Assembly: GCA_950072105.1 (NCBI GenBank)
Contig: CATMOE010000030.1
Coordinates: 1 to 42,240 of the forward strand
Reading direction: 5' to 3'
Length of the DNA: 42,240 bases
From: an uncultured Dehalococcoidia bacterium
GTDB lineage: Bacteria; Chloroflexota; Dehalococcoidia; Lucifugimonadales; UBA3495
Shown piece after piece: positions 1 through 9,990 of the stretch. The notes under the pieces are model-generated. The model saw only the letters and a list, made by a program, of their open reading frames with translations. It was not told the origin of the DNA and did no database searches. The first letter of the stretch is position 1, and each line of letters begins with the position of its first letter. The position numbers were made by a program, and so were the translations under genes.

Positions 1-256
1 CCTCGCCTGCCGCTCGGGACGGTATCTACTAAGTTTCGTTAATTGTACTACAGACTCAGATAGGTGTGGCCGCCAATCGGGCTATGTTTATTGTGGTGAC
101 AAACCCACGCTTCACGATTGTTTACGTAGATGTCAACCTTCCACGATTCCAGGAACCAACGCCCGAAACCCGCCTCATTTTTTAAGTTTTAGCAGTCCTG
201 GCCGGCAGGTTCAAACTTGTAAACTACCGGCTGCTCGGGTGCCGGTGTTTTATCCT

Positions 257-829
257 TTAAGCCCAGACGAATTCTCCCAATCGTTCCAGTGCTTCGCATC
301 GTTCTATCTTATTCATGTTCAAGTCGATACCATTGGCCCGGAGTATGCGATTGACCTGCTGCGCTGAAAGCCTACCCCCCTTTATTAACTGACCTCTATT
401 GCAATTCTCTGCGGTGCCGAAGGTCTCAGCGAAGTTGGCCATTTTGACTTCTTTGGGTATCGGCACATATTGTTTACCGACCAATTTCCAGTGCTTATCC
501 TCTGTAAGCGGCGGTTGTTTAGTTGATTGCATCGCGATCTCGTAACGCAATTTGCCGCCCTCCCTGTGAAAACAGTAATCTTGGTCTATAACCTCTTCTT
601 TTCCATTTCCATCCCTCCTAACTATCGTACGGCGGGGTGGTAACCAATGTTCAGTTCCCCACGGGTCCGTCGCAAGCGCCCAACCCGATTCTGTGAACTT
701 TCGAGCCGGCCACGATTCATGTCGCCCGAGCACAGTGACAAATTCTTCAAGAGTAGTATCATAATCAAGCTTAACGTCTCTAGCTTTCTTCCATTTTACG
801 ACTACACTTCCTAGTTCCTGATAGGGCAT
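257..829 (-). CDS. Hypothetical protein (190 aa orphan), AT-richer than flanking genes
   Basis: Open ORF whose ATG directly abuts the TGA of the upstream ORF (..GTC TGA ATG..); no recognisable motif. Confidence 0.65.
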   Translation of the reverse strand: MPYQELGSVVVKWKKARDVKLDYDTTLEEFVTVLGRHESWPARKFTESGWALATDPWGTEHWLPPRRTIVRRDGNGKEEVIDQDYCFHREGGKLRYEIAMQSTKQPPLTEDKHWKLVGKQYVPIPKEVKMANFAETFGTAENCNRGQLIKGGRLSAQQVNRILRANGIDLNMNKIERCEALERLGEFVWA

Positions 830-1054
830 TCAGACAACCTTACCGGCCCCTGTGTCCACGTCAGTTTCGCGCCAAGCATCCGGAGAATCTCCGTTTAGCC
901 ACTCTACCCTGACATGATCCTCATCAGCCGGAATTCCGGGTTCACGATCGATTTCCACTATCCCAGATCGGCCTTGAAAAAAAAGTGGGCTGTCATTCTT
1001 ACGACTATTAGCATTGATAACGAATAATTCGCCCTTCCTAGAGTCATTTGTCAT
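830..1054 (-). CDS. Small hypothetical protein (74 aa, MTNDSRKGELF...)
   Basis: Strong SD AAAGGAGG just upstream of ATG at 1054; ATGA overlap with the stop of the upstream ORF. Start revised from 1114 in the ORF track. Confidence 0.6.
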   Translation of the reverse strand: MTNDSRKGELFVINANSRKNDSPLFFQGRSGIVEIDREPGIPADEDHVRVEWLNGDSPDAWRETDVDTGAGKVV

Positions 1055-1263
1055 AGGGATGCCTCCTTTAGCGTGGCCAATGAATCCCCGGCACCACCCG
1101 CATGGCTTCCCCATGGGTTCGATGGGTCGTAAGTCGTTCCAAGGGGCATTATAGTGTCTCGAAGGCGCTGCTGGTCAACCCCAGAAAGCCCGTTGCCGGG
1201 AATCTCCTCAGGGTGTAATTTACCGGTGTACCGCAAAGCTAAATCGGTGGTTCGATTGTGTCC
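1051..1263 (-). pseudogene. 3' remnant of a gene, possibly a tyrosine recombinase C-terminus
   Basis: Frame is open up to the junction at ~1263 and begins GHNRTTDLALRYT, resembling the GH-x9-Y box of some integrases. Weak similarity only. Confidence 0.25.
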
Positions 1264-3980
1264 ACTGGCCCTGGGTCCAATCCATGCGTACCTACGTTCA
1301 GCAGACTGCTCCGGAACAACTCGTCGAGGAGATGGGGCTCGGAGCCGCCGCCATCGGCGAGATCATTACCGAGATACGGAGTAAATTGCCTGGCGCGGAA
1401 ACACCTCCGGCATTGGAGCCTGATGCGGCCCGTTTCCGTCTCTTCGACTCCATAACCATCTTCCTTAAAAACGTGGCTCAACGTCAGCCCCTCATGGTCG
1501 TCCTGGACGACCTTCACTGGGCCGACCGTTCGACCTTGCTACTTCTGGAGTTCGTGGCTCGAGAGATTGGAACCAGCAAGATATCGCTTGTTGGCGCCTA
1601 CCGGGATATCGAGGTTTCCCGGCGCCATCCCTTGTCCCAGACCCTTGGCGCTCTGGTCCGGGAGCAACTGTTCCACAGAGTGCAGCTTGATGGATTGACC
1701 CAGCAGGAGGTGGGGGAGTTGGTCCAAGGTAGCGCGGGGATAGATCTGACTCTTGAAGCTGCGGAAGCCATACATAATCGCACCGATGGCAACCCGTTTT
1801 TTGTTGGTGAGGTAACACGACACGTTACGCTGGAGAATATCACCGAAGACCCCGGGTGGGCCAGCATCATTCCCGAAGGAGTTCGCGATGCCATTGGCAG
1901 GCGTCTCAACAGGCTTTCGGATCACTGCAACCAGATGTTGACCACCGCCTCGGTTGTCGGCCAGGAGTTCGAATTCAGGTTGCTGAATTCATTAATGAGC
2001 GACATCACTGAAGACCAGTTGCTGGCGGCAATGGACGAGGCGGTGGAAGTCCAATTGATCGAGGAACTGCCTAATTCAGTGGGACTCTATCAATTCACAC
2101 ACGCCCTGATTCAGGAAACCCTATTTGAGGAACTATCCACTACACGCAGGGTGCGGCTGCACGCGCGGATTGCTGAGGGTCTTGAGACGTTGTACGGAAA
2201 CGACGCCGATGTCCACGCTGAGGAGTTGGCCTACCATTTCGCCGAAGCACAGACGTTGACCGGTCCCGAAAAGTTGGTCCGCTACTCGTTGATGGCTGGG
2301 CAACAGGCGCTAGCCTCCTATGCCTACGATGACGCACTGACATATTTTGAAAAGGGCTTGGCGGCCCGGGACATAGCTCTGTCCGGAACGGACGCGGCTT
2401 GCGATGAAGAGGCAGCGGATCTGCTATTCGGACTGGCGCGGGCCCGGTCCAACACCGTCTCGGGGCAACAGCTTGTGGAAGCGTTCGCCATTCTAAGCCG
2501 CGCCTTCGACTACTACGCCGAGGCTGGGAATGTCGCACAGGCGGTGGCTGCCGCTCTGTTCCCAATCGTGACTCCATCTTATCGGATTCCAGGAATTACC
2601 GGACTCTTAGCCCGTGCTCTTACTTTGGTCCCGGCCGATTCCCACGAGGCTGGGCGCATCCTCTGTGTCTAAGGTGGATTTATTGGGATCGACGAAGGTG
2701 ACTACGAAGGCGCACAACAGGCCTTTGGGCGGTCTATATCCATCGCCAGGCGTGAGGGGGACGTGCCTTTGGAAGTACATACCCTAACGAATCTGACAGT
2801 CCTTAGCGGGCAACACTTCCAACTGCAAGAGTGTGTAGACAATGGGCTGAAGGCCATCGCATTGGCCACCGATGAAGAAAACTCCATTAGGACCTCTCGT
2901 TGGTGGACAGCGATGAGTTTGCTTTATTTGGGTGAGCTTGATGCGGCCCGCCCCCACGCATTGTTCTTGCGAGATCTGACAGAGAAGCGAAATACACCTC
3001 GACTGTACGCCAGTAATGCCTTAACACCGATTACGTCCTCGTCATGTCTTGAGGGCGACTGGATCGCAGGGCGGGAATATAGCGACCGGGGCCTGGAGAT
3101 ATCTCCCCTGACTCCGATGCTGCTATCACCTCGGGTTCTGTTGGAGGATGAGACGGGCGAGTCCACTCAGGGGAAGGTTTACCTGGAGCGGCTCCTCGAG
3201 GCGATGAGTGGGGCGGGGCTGTACAAAATGTTAGCGTCTACAAGGGTGCCTGTGGCGATCGCCGCCATCACCCGCATCACCGGTATCCCCGACAGGTTGG
3301 AAATAGCCGAAGCGGCCAAGGCGATTGTCTCAGTACAGTCTGCCCTCCCCAACGGGTCAAGACAGGCCAGATCTGCTTTGGCACTCGTGGCCGTGCAAAG
3401 GGGCGACCAAGCCGCGGCGGAAGAGCATTACGCTGACCTTATAGAGCTGCGAGGCACGATGATATTGACGGCAATATCGATCGATCGTATTCTCGGCCTC
3501 CTGTCTCAAACCATGGGCAATCTGGACCAAGCGGCTGCCCACTTTGAGGACGGCTTGGCCTTCTGCCACAGGGCCGGCTACCGGCCCGAGCTGGCCTGGA
3601 CCTGCTGCGATTATGCGGACACCTTGTCTCTCAGGGATGGTTCCGGAGACCGAGCCAAGTCCATTGCTCTGCTGGACGAGGCTCTGGCTATCTCGACCGA
3701 ATTGGGGATGCGGCCCCTGATGGAGCGGGTCGCCTCTCGGCAAGAGTTGGTTCAGGCCCAGCCATCGACAGCTCCGGCCTATCCCGACGGACTGACCCAA
3801 CGGGAGGTTGAGGTATTGGGGCTGGTGGCTGCTGGAAAGAGCAACGCCGACATCGCCGTGGAACTGGTAATAAGCCCCAACACCGTAATACGCGACGTCA
3901 GCAACATCCTGGCCAAGACCGGCTCGTCCAACCGTACCGAAGCCGCCGGATACGCCTCTCAAAACGGCCTAGCCGAATAA
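1264..3980 (+). pseudogene. AAA-ATPase/TPR/LuxR-HTH regulator, 5'-truncated with in-frame nonsense codon
   Basis: Walker B VVLDDLHWAD, DGNPFFV, YQFTHALIQE and C-terminal HTH (LTQREVEVL..GKSNADIA..LVISPNTV) present. No Walker A upstream of WPWVQ at 1266. TAA at 2670-2672 separates two same-frame ORFs and the intervening codons read GGFIGIDEGDYEGAQQAFG. Confidence 0.85.
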
Positions 3981-4252
3981 CCTCTACCCCCACCCACCAA
4001 CGTACTCCAGGCTCATTTTCTCCCTGCCCGGCGCCTCAACTAATGGTTTATTGCTATGTCCCCAAATTCTCCGCCAAATACGGGTTTCCAAAGATAATTG
4101 TTTCCTTCGATGTACCCCGTCCCTGCCGGGTCTAATCTGTTGACACAGTAAGTCACCGGCAGGAGAAAACGATGAAAGCGCAGAACAACAACTCAGGACA
4201 GCAACTCCAAGAAACCCAGAAAAATTCATCGTCGATAAAGGGAGGATTTGAA

Positions 4253-4828
4253 ATGAAGATGGCGAGCAAAATACAAAACGTAATGGTCAACCTGCTTAAT
4301 GGAATGAAGATCACGGTTCCGGCGAAACTACTCGGTGGACTAGCCTTAGGAGCAATCTTGATGGCGGCAGTAGCTCTGCCCTCGGGCAACGCTCAGGCCA
4401 GCCCTCTGACGGAACCCCCGGTGACGGGAATGACGGTAGACATCGAAAATGAAGGTGGCACCGGTAGGATGTTCGAGGCCTGGGAGTTTGGAGAAGGGAC
4501 CAACCCTTACGCGAACCAAAGAGATTCGTCCCAAGTCGGAGTTCTGGCGGCCCCTCTGCTAATCGCCGAGCCCCTGGTAGACGTCAGCGATCTAGGCGGC
4601 GGCATCACCGACTTCGAAGAGGCCTACACCAGCGAAGTCAGCATGGACGTCAGCGATCTAGGCGGCGGCATCACCGACTTCGAAGAAGCCTACACTAGCG
4701 AAGTCAGCATGGACATCAGAAACCTGGGCGGAGGCATCACCGACTTCGAAGAGGCCTGGACCAGCAAGGTCAGAATGGACCACGACCAGAATGAGCAGGC
4801 CAACATCTTTCCAGAGGTGGAGCTTTAA
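4253..4828 (+). CDS. Secreted acidic protein with three tandem 22-aa repeats
   Basis: SD GGAGG at 4241-4245 before ATG 4253; hydrophobic segment ending in AQA (signal peptidase I-like); repeats DVSDLGGGITDFEEAYTSEVSM. Confidence 0.75.
   Translation: MKMASKIQNVMVNLLNGMKITVPAKLLGGLALGAILMAAVALPSGNAQASPLTEPPVTGMTVDIENEGGTGRMFEAWEFGEGTNPYANQRDSSQVGVLAAPLLIAEPLVDVSDLGGGITDFEEAYTSEVSMDVSDLGGGITDFEEAYTSEVSMDIRNLGGGITDFEEAWTSKVRMDHDQNEQANIFPEVEL
4580..4777 (+). repeat. 3 x 66-bp in-frame tandem repeat
   Basis: Units 4580-4645, 4646-4711 and 4712-4777; units 1 and 2 differ only at synonymous positions. Confidence 0.95.
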
Positions 4829-4871
4829 GCAGACTTCCTTTCTTCACTCAGCCGGTGACTGAGGGAAGCGT

Positions 4872-4903
4872 AAGGCCCCGAGGAATTACCTCGGGGCCTT
4901 TTT
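4872..4903 (+). terminator. Rho-independent terminator
   Basis: AAGGCCCCGAGG-aatta-CCTCGGGGCCTT perfect stem followed by a T run. Confidence 0.9.
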
Positions 4904-5004
4904 CTATCGCTTTTCAAATACGGGACTTTCTTGTCGCCAACGTTAGGGGCGTTGGATGATGGTCCTAGCCTTCAAAACTGGTAGAGATCGCTCCGTCGAT
5001 CCGA

Positions 5005-5013
5005 TGGTACAAT
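5005..5013 (+). promoter_or_regulatory. Extended -10 promoter element
   Basis: TGgTACAAT upstream of the hydrolase-LLM operon. Confidence 0.45.
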
Positions 5014-5054
5014 GTGCGAAATTCAATCACTCAGGAACGCATAAGGAGTCAAGT

Positions 5055-5828
5055 ACGGAATCTACAACTACAATAGGATTAAAAGGCGTGGACCTTTCGG
5101 TAGTACGGAAAGGGTCTGGGCCGCAGATCCTCGTCCTTCATGGTGGCGACGGTCCCGTCGATCGGTTCCCCTTCGCGGACCGATTGGCGGAAAAATTCGA
5201 GATCATACAGCCGGTACATCCCGGATTTGCCGGTACACCCATCCCGGAACACTTTGATAATCTCCAGGATCTGATCTTCCTTTACCTCGACCTCATCGAC
5301 CATTTGAACCTGAGTGATGCCATCTTGATGGGCTTCTCCATGGGCGGCTGGGCGGCCGCTGAGATCGCGGCGATCAATACCCAGCGATTCTCCAAACTGT
5401 TTCTGGTGGATTCGGTTGGAATCAAGGTGGGTGGCCCCTTCGACCGCGACATCGCCGACGTGTTCGCGACTTCGGCTGCGGAACTAACCGGACTGAGCTG
5501 GCACGACCCTTCGAAGGCGCCTGACCCGAATTCCATGACCGATGAAGAACTCCAGGTCTTTGCCTCAGACCGGATTGCTCATGGGCTTTACACCTGGGAA
5601 CCGTACATGCACAACCCCAAACTTCCCTATCGTTTGCACCGCATCGATATTCCCACGCTGTTGATCTGGGGCGCGGGCGACGGGGTCGTAACGCCAACCT
5701 ACGGCGAAGCTTTTAGGGACATGATTCCCGGCGCGAAAATGGTGGTTATCCCCGATGCCGCCCATTCTCCCCACGTCGAGCAGCCCGAAGCTTTCGCTAA
5801 AGCCTTCCTCGAATTCGCCTCTAAATAG
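5055..5828 (+). CDS. Alpha/beta-fold hydrolase
   Basis: LHGG oxyanion region, GFSMGG nucleophile elbow, AAHSPH catalytic His. Start uncertain (ACG 5055 after SD TAAGGAG, GTG 5088, or upstream ATGs). Confidence 0.85.
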   Translation, partial: TESTTTIGLKGVDLSVVRKGSGPQILVLHGGDGPVDRFPFADRLAEKFEIIQPVHPGFAGTPIPEHFDNLQDLIFLYLDLIDHLNLSDAILMGFSMGGWAAAEIAAINTQRFSKLFLVDSVGIKVGGPFDRDIADVFATSAAELTGLSWHDPSKAPDPNSMTDEELQVFASDRIAHGLYTWEPYMHNPKLPYRLHRIDIPTLLIWGAGDGVVTPTYGEAFRDMIPGAKMVVIPDAAHSPHVEQPEAFAKAFLEFASK

Positions 5829-5837
5829 GATCGAAAG

Positions 5838-7070
5838 ATGAAAACATGGTTTTTTACCGAAGACGCGTATCCCAACCTGCCGGACGACGAAACCTACGAA
5901 TCGGTCCGGGTCAACCTGCCCAATAAGCATTTCGATCCGGTGTTGGGCGCTGATCTCTACAACATGTACCTGGACATGTGGGGCGCGGCCGACGAGATGG
6001 GTTTGGAGATAATGCTCAACGAGCATCACCAAACCGCCACTTGCGTGCTACCGGCGGCTCCCATCGCTCTGGGAGTCCTGGCTCGCGAGACCAAGAAGGC
6101 GCGGCTTTTGATATTGGGTAATCCCATCGTCAACCGGAAGCAGCCCATTCGAGTCGCCGAAGAGATGGCTTATATCGACGTGCTGTCCCGGGGCCGCTTG
6201 GACTGCGGCTTCGTCCGAGGCGTCCCCTATGAGATTGCGCCGGCCAACGCGTATCCCTATCGGGGGTCCGAAAAACTGTGGGAGGCCCACGACCTGATCA
6301 TGAAGGCCTGGACCCACCACGATGGCCCGTTCAATTTCGAGGGGCGTTGGTTCCATGCCCGCCAAGTTAACATCTGGCCCCGGCCTTACCAGCAACCCCA
6401 TCCCCCCGTATGGGTGACCATGGGCAGCGCCGGTTCCGCCGCCCAAGTAGCCCAGCGGAAGCACATCGGCGCGGTTTTCCTGGCCGGTTACCCTGGCATC
6501 CGCAGATTATTTGACGGTTACCGGGAGGGATTCCTCCAAGCTCACGGGGAAGAAGCGCCCCTGGACCGGCTCGCCTATGCCGCCATCGTTTGTGTTGGAG
6601 AAAACGAGAAAGAGGCGGAGAACGGAACGGAAAAACTACTTTGGTATATCAGGTCCAACAAAGTCGCTCCCCAATTCAACAATCCTCCCGGATATCATCC
6701 CCCGGCGGTGTCCGCCAACATTATCAGAGGTCCGCGGCCCGGCGAGCCTGACCGGCGCGATCCACGGTTGGAAACTCAAAAGGCGCGGGGCAACGTTTTC
6801 TCCGGAACTCCCGATCAAGTATTTCAACAGATCAAGAATTTCTGGGAATACTCGGGCGGTTTTGGACATTTGCTGATGATGGGCCAGGCGGGCTTCATGA
6901 CCTACGACGAAACGTTGAAGTCGATGAAGCTGTTCACTGAAGAGGTATACCCCAGGCTCAAGGAGTTGACCGCGTCTTACGATGCAGGTGTTATGAAGGA
7001 GATCAGGTCGTCCCGGCCCGACGTCGAGAGCGTCGACACAGGTCTGCTGGCATCCGAGTTCGTCAGGTAA
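5838..7070 (+). CDS. Luciferase-like (LLM) flavin-dependent monooxygenase
   Basis: NEHH, PIRVAEEMAYIDVLSRGRL, NIWPRPYQQPHPPVW, GTPDQV motifs. Confidence 0.92.
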   Translation: MKTWFFTEDAYPNLPDDETYESVRVNLPNKHFDPVLGADLYNMYLDMWGAADEMGLEIMLNEHHQTATCVLPAAPIALGVLARETKKARLLILGNPIVNRKQPIRVAEEMAYIDVLSRGRLDCGFVRGVPYEIAPANAYPYRGSEKLWEAHDLIMKAWTHHDGPFNFEGRWFHARQVNIWPRPYQQPHPPVWVTMGSAGSAAQVAQRKHIGAVFLAGYPGIRRLFDGYREGFLQAHGEEAPLDRLAYAAIVCVGENEKEAENGTEKLLWYIRSNKVAPQFNNPPGYHPPAVSANIIRGPRPGEPDRRDPRLETQKARGNVFSGTPDQVFQQIKNFWEYSGGFGHLLMMGQAGFMTYDETLKSMKLFTEEVYPRLKELTASYDAGVMKEIRSSRPDVESVDTGLLASEFVR

Positions 7071-7172
7071 ATCTCAGAAGATCGAAGGTGTAGCCCATCC
7101 GGCCGCGCCGGAAATCCCGTGGCCCCGCCGGCGAGCCTTTGGGAAGCCTTTTAGGAATAAACTTCCCGAGCT

Positions 7173-8192
7173 TTACGGGCGGCCAAAGGCATCGAACAGA
7201 TCACCGATCTGGTCGAACTCTATGATTTGCCTCACCAAAACCAGAGAGCCTTCCTGCCTGGATGCCGAGTCCTGCGTAACCGATCCGGCCAACCTTAACT
7301 CAGCATCGTTCAACGTCAGCAACGCCGCCTTAGCAAGTCCATCTTCTTGAAAGGCGGCTACTATGTTGATGGCTACGACATTCTGGTCTAGTAGCTCGGC
7401 GCTTACGCCCATGACGCTGCAATCCAGGAGACCGCCAATACCTGGCTGGCTGCCCAAGCCCGAACAACCATCGAATACCGCCACCACAATGCCCTGGGGC
7501 AGGCGGTTCACAACCTGGGAAACTGCCGAGGAGTCCAACAGACGGGGTGTCAATCCATCGACCGTGTCCAAGGCGCTCTTTACCCGCTTTGACGGGGAGA
7601 TATCTGAGGGGGGTGAACCCGCGGCAGCGACGGAAGTGGTTGCGTCCACCGATCCGATCGCCAGGCTCGTTTCGAATTCATTGAAGGTCCAGATCTGGTG
7701 GTCCCGGTAGGCTTCCGGCTCGGGCAGCTTCGAAGTGATCTGTAGGCTACTGGCCGCGTTAAGCATGGTCCCGATATCCAGCGGCGTGGTCAGCACCACG
7801 AACACGCCACCGACGTTGCCGCTTGTTGCCAATACCGCGCCTTCTATCACATTCGTTACGGCGGAGGGAATCGCGGCCAGGGCCGGCGAGATCTGGGATC
7901 TTAAAGCTGCCTGCACATCAGGCTTGTACCGCAACTCTTTCAGGTCCAAAAAGAGGACTGGTCCATGGTTGACGGGTACTGCCGACAACATATGGGAGAA
8001 CTTTGAGAGCCATTCTTTGCCGGGGAGAGGCATGGCATCGGCGCTGAACTGCTCCGCAACCGCCGCCGTTGGAACGGGCGTGGGTGTGGGAGCGGCCTCA
8101 GCCTGAGTGGGCGCCTCCTCTTCGCAGGCGACCACCGCGAAAAGCGCGCACAGTGCGAAGAGGATTATCCGCAGGCGATCGCGGCAGCTCAT
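7173..8192 (-). CDS. Lipoprotein of unknown function
   Basis: Basic N-terminus, hydrophobic core, lipobox-like VVA-C, Pro/Thr-rich linker; ATG directly abuts the desaturase stop. Confidence 0.7.
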   Translation of the reverse strand: MSCRDRLRIILFALCALFAVVACEEEAPTQAEAAPTPTPVPTAAVAEQFSADAMPLPGKEWLSKFSHMLSAVPVNHGPVLFLDLKELRYKPDVQAALRSQISPALAAIPSAVTNVIEGAVLATSGNVGGVFVVLTTPLDIGTMLNAASSLQITSKLPEPEAYRDHQIWTFNEFETSLAIGSVDATTSVAAAGSPPSDISPSKRVKSALDTVDGLTPRLLDSSAVSQVVNRLPQGIVVAVFDGCSGLGSQPGIGGLLDCSVMGVSAELLDQNVVAINIVAAFQEDGLAKAALLTLNDAELRLAGSVTQDSASRQEGSLVLVRQIIEFDQIGDLFDAFGRP

Positions 8193-9209
8193 TTAACCCG
8201 CGGTAGTTGCCCGAGTTGCGTCAGGGTTCCGAAGAACCGCGCCGATCCGATGAAAGTGCCCCAAGATATCCTTGTAGGTTTGAAAAACGCCTGCTTCGCA
8301 GTGTTCGATCGATTGCTGACGGCAGAAGGTCTTGATAATCTTGCTGGCTTTGCCGTAGTTGTTTCTCGGCATGGAAGGAAACAGGTGATGCTCTATCTGG
8401 TAATTCAGGCCGCCATACCATATATCCGTAAATGGGCTGCTCTTTACGTTTCTGGCGGTAAGCACCTGCATGTGCAGGAAATCCAACCTTTCTTTCATCA
8501 GCGGCATGGCCTTATGGTTCGTCGCAAAACTTGTGCCCATGTACAAGCCGGTAAGAACATTGCTTACTAACAGGAACACGATCGCCTGTGTGAAACTTAA
8601 AGAATTGAGAATCACCCCAAAATACAGTGCGCAACCTGCTAAGAGGAATACAGCTTCCGTGAGATGAAACTTCCATCTTTTACCGCGAATGTTTTTTACC
8701 AACGTAACGGTGTTTCCGAAACGCATGATGAAGGCGACGGACGTTAACAACGGAAACCAGATAAATGCTTGATGCTTGACCAAGAACTTAGCGAGCCCTT
8801 TTTTCTGCAAAGCTTGCTCTTCCGAAAACGCTAATATCGGCATATTGACGTCCGGATCGAGATCAACATGATTGGGCGCTTTATGATGTAGAAGGTGCGC
8901 GTCTCCCCAAGAACTACTGACATTAACGGTCAAGCCGCCAGTCAGTATGCCGGCAAAATCGTTCTTCCACTTGTCGCTAAAGATCTGCATGTGGATGGCG
9001 TCATGCATCATGTACCCGACTTGTACTATGGCGAAGGCCAAGAACGCGGCATTGAAGAGCTGAAAAACAAAACTATCGACCGTGGCAAGCAGAACGTAAC
9101 TTAAGGCTAATGTTCCGAAGGTAATGATGAACTTTAGGGCGTAGTAGCCGTATTGCCGGTTCAGGAGCCCTGCCTCGACAACTTCTTTTCTAAGAGTTAG
9201 GTAATCCAT
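8193..9209 (-). CDS. Membrane fatty-acid/acyl-CoA desaturase (QxxHH third box, no cytochrome b5 domain)
   Basis: His boxes HDAIH, HLLHH and QIEHHLFP; several TM segments. Confidence 0.92.
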   Translation of the reverse strand: MDYLTLRKEVVEAGLLNRQYGYYALKFIITFGTLALSYVLLATVDSFVFQLFNAAFLAFAIVQVGYMMHDAIHMQIFSDKWKNDFAGILTGGLTVNVSSSWGDAHLLHHKAPNHVDLDPDVNMPILAFSEEQALQKKGLAKFLVKHQAFIWFPLLTSVAFIMRFGNTVTLVKNIRGKRWKFHLTEAVFLLAGCALYFGVILNSLSFTQAIVFLLVSNVLTGLYMGTSFATNHKAMPLMKERLDFLHMQVLTARNVKSSPFTDIWYGGLNYQIEHHLFPSMPRNNYGKASKIIKTFCRQQSIEHCEAGVFQTYKDILGHFHRIGAVLRNPDATRATTAG

Positions 9210-9298
9210 GTTATTAAGGAGTCACCTCTATCTTGCTAGCCGGTATGTCCCGAAACGAATGTGAGTCGAAGGGAAAACGATTCGCTTTGCGCAACACG

Positions 9299-9307
9299 AT
9301 TCTATCA
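9299..9307 (-). promoter_or_regulatory. Extended -10 element upstream of the desaturase
   Basis: TGaTAGAAT on the minus strand. Confidence 0.4.
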
Positions 9308-9411
9308 CGCTTGCCCTTTAATATGATGCCGGAAGGGCGCATATTAGAGCGGAAAGTCGCGAGCCAGCCCCGGCCGGGCGCGGAATTCCGATAAGTCCGG
9401 GCGGTTGAGGC

Positions 9412-9897
9412 TTACAGTCCTAAAGCCTGCTTCACCGCCACTACGATCGATTTCGGCTCCCAGGTTACGTCCATGTTAACTGCTCCATCCGGCTCTTCCA
9501 TCGCGCTAAACTGGCTTTCAAGCAGGCCGCTCTTCATGAAGTGGTCCTGCCGACCCTCCAGCCTTTCCGAGATGAGCTGGAACTCCCCCTTGAGGTAAAC
9601 AAGCTTAACATCATCTTCGTCCCCAACAAGTTGGTCCCGGTATGCTTGTTTCAAGGCGGAGGAAGCGATCACACCGCTCTCGCCACGGGAGACAAGATCG
9701 TCTATGAGGAGGCGTATCCGGCCAAGCCAAGGCTGGCGGTCTTCGTCGGTTAGGGGAATCCCTTGGGCCATCTTAACCACGTTGGACCGAGGGTGGAGAT
9801 CGTCCCCTTCGTAGAAACTCCAACCCAGGTCAAGGGCAAGAAGTTTGCCCACGGTGGTCTTTCCAGCTCCGGAGACGCCCATCAGGATGATTATCAA
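9412..9897 (-). CDS. gntK: Gluconokinase (GntK/IdnK family)
   Basis: MGVSGAGKTT P-loop, EGDDLHP, GIPLTDEDRQPWL, SALK, HFMKSGLLESQF. Confidence 0.92.
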   Translation of the reverse strand: MIIILMGVSGAGKTTVGKLLALDLGWSFYEGDDLHPRSNVVKMAQGIPLTDEDRQPWLGRIRLLIDDLVSRGESGVIASSALKQAYRDQLVGDEDDVKLVYLKGEFQLISERLEGRQDHFMKSGLLESQFSAMEEPDGAVNMDVTWEPKSIVVAVKQALGL

Positions 9898-9990
9898 GAA
9901 TCCTCAATAAGTGAAAAATTGATGCCGGTACCAGCCCGCTTACCAAGCCGAACGGCCCTATTTTAATGGGTCAGACTCGGTAGTTCCACG

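Noticed and set aside
4580..4777. Tandem repeats as a CRISPR array
   Set aside because: No unique spacers, unit length is a multiple of 3 inside an ORF, variation is largely synonymous, and no cas genes are present.
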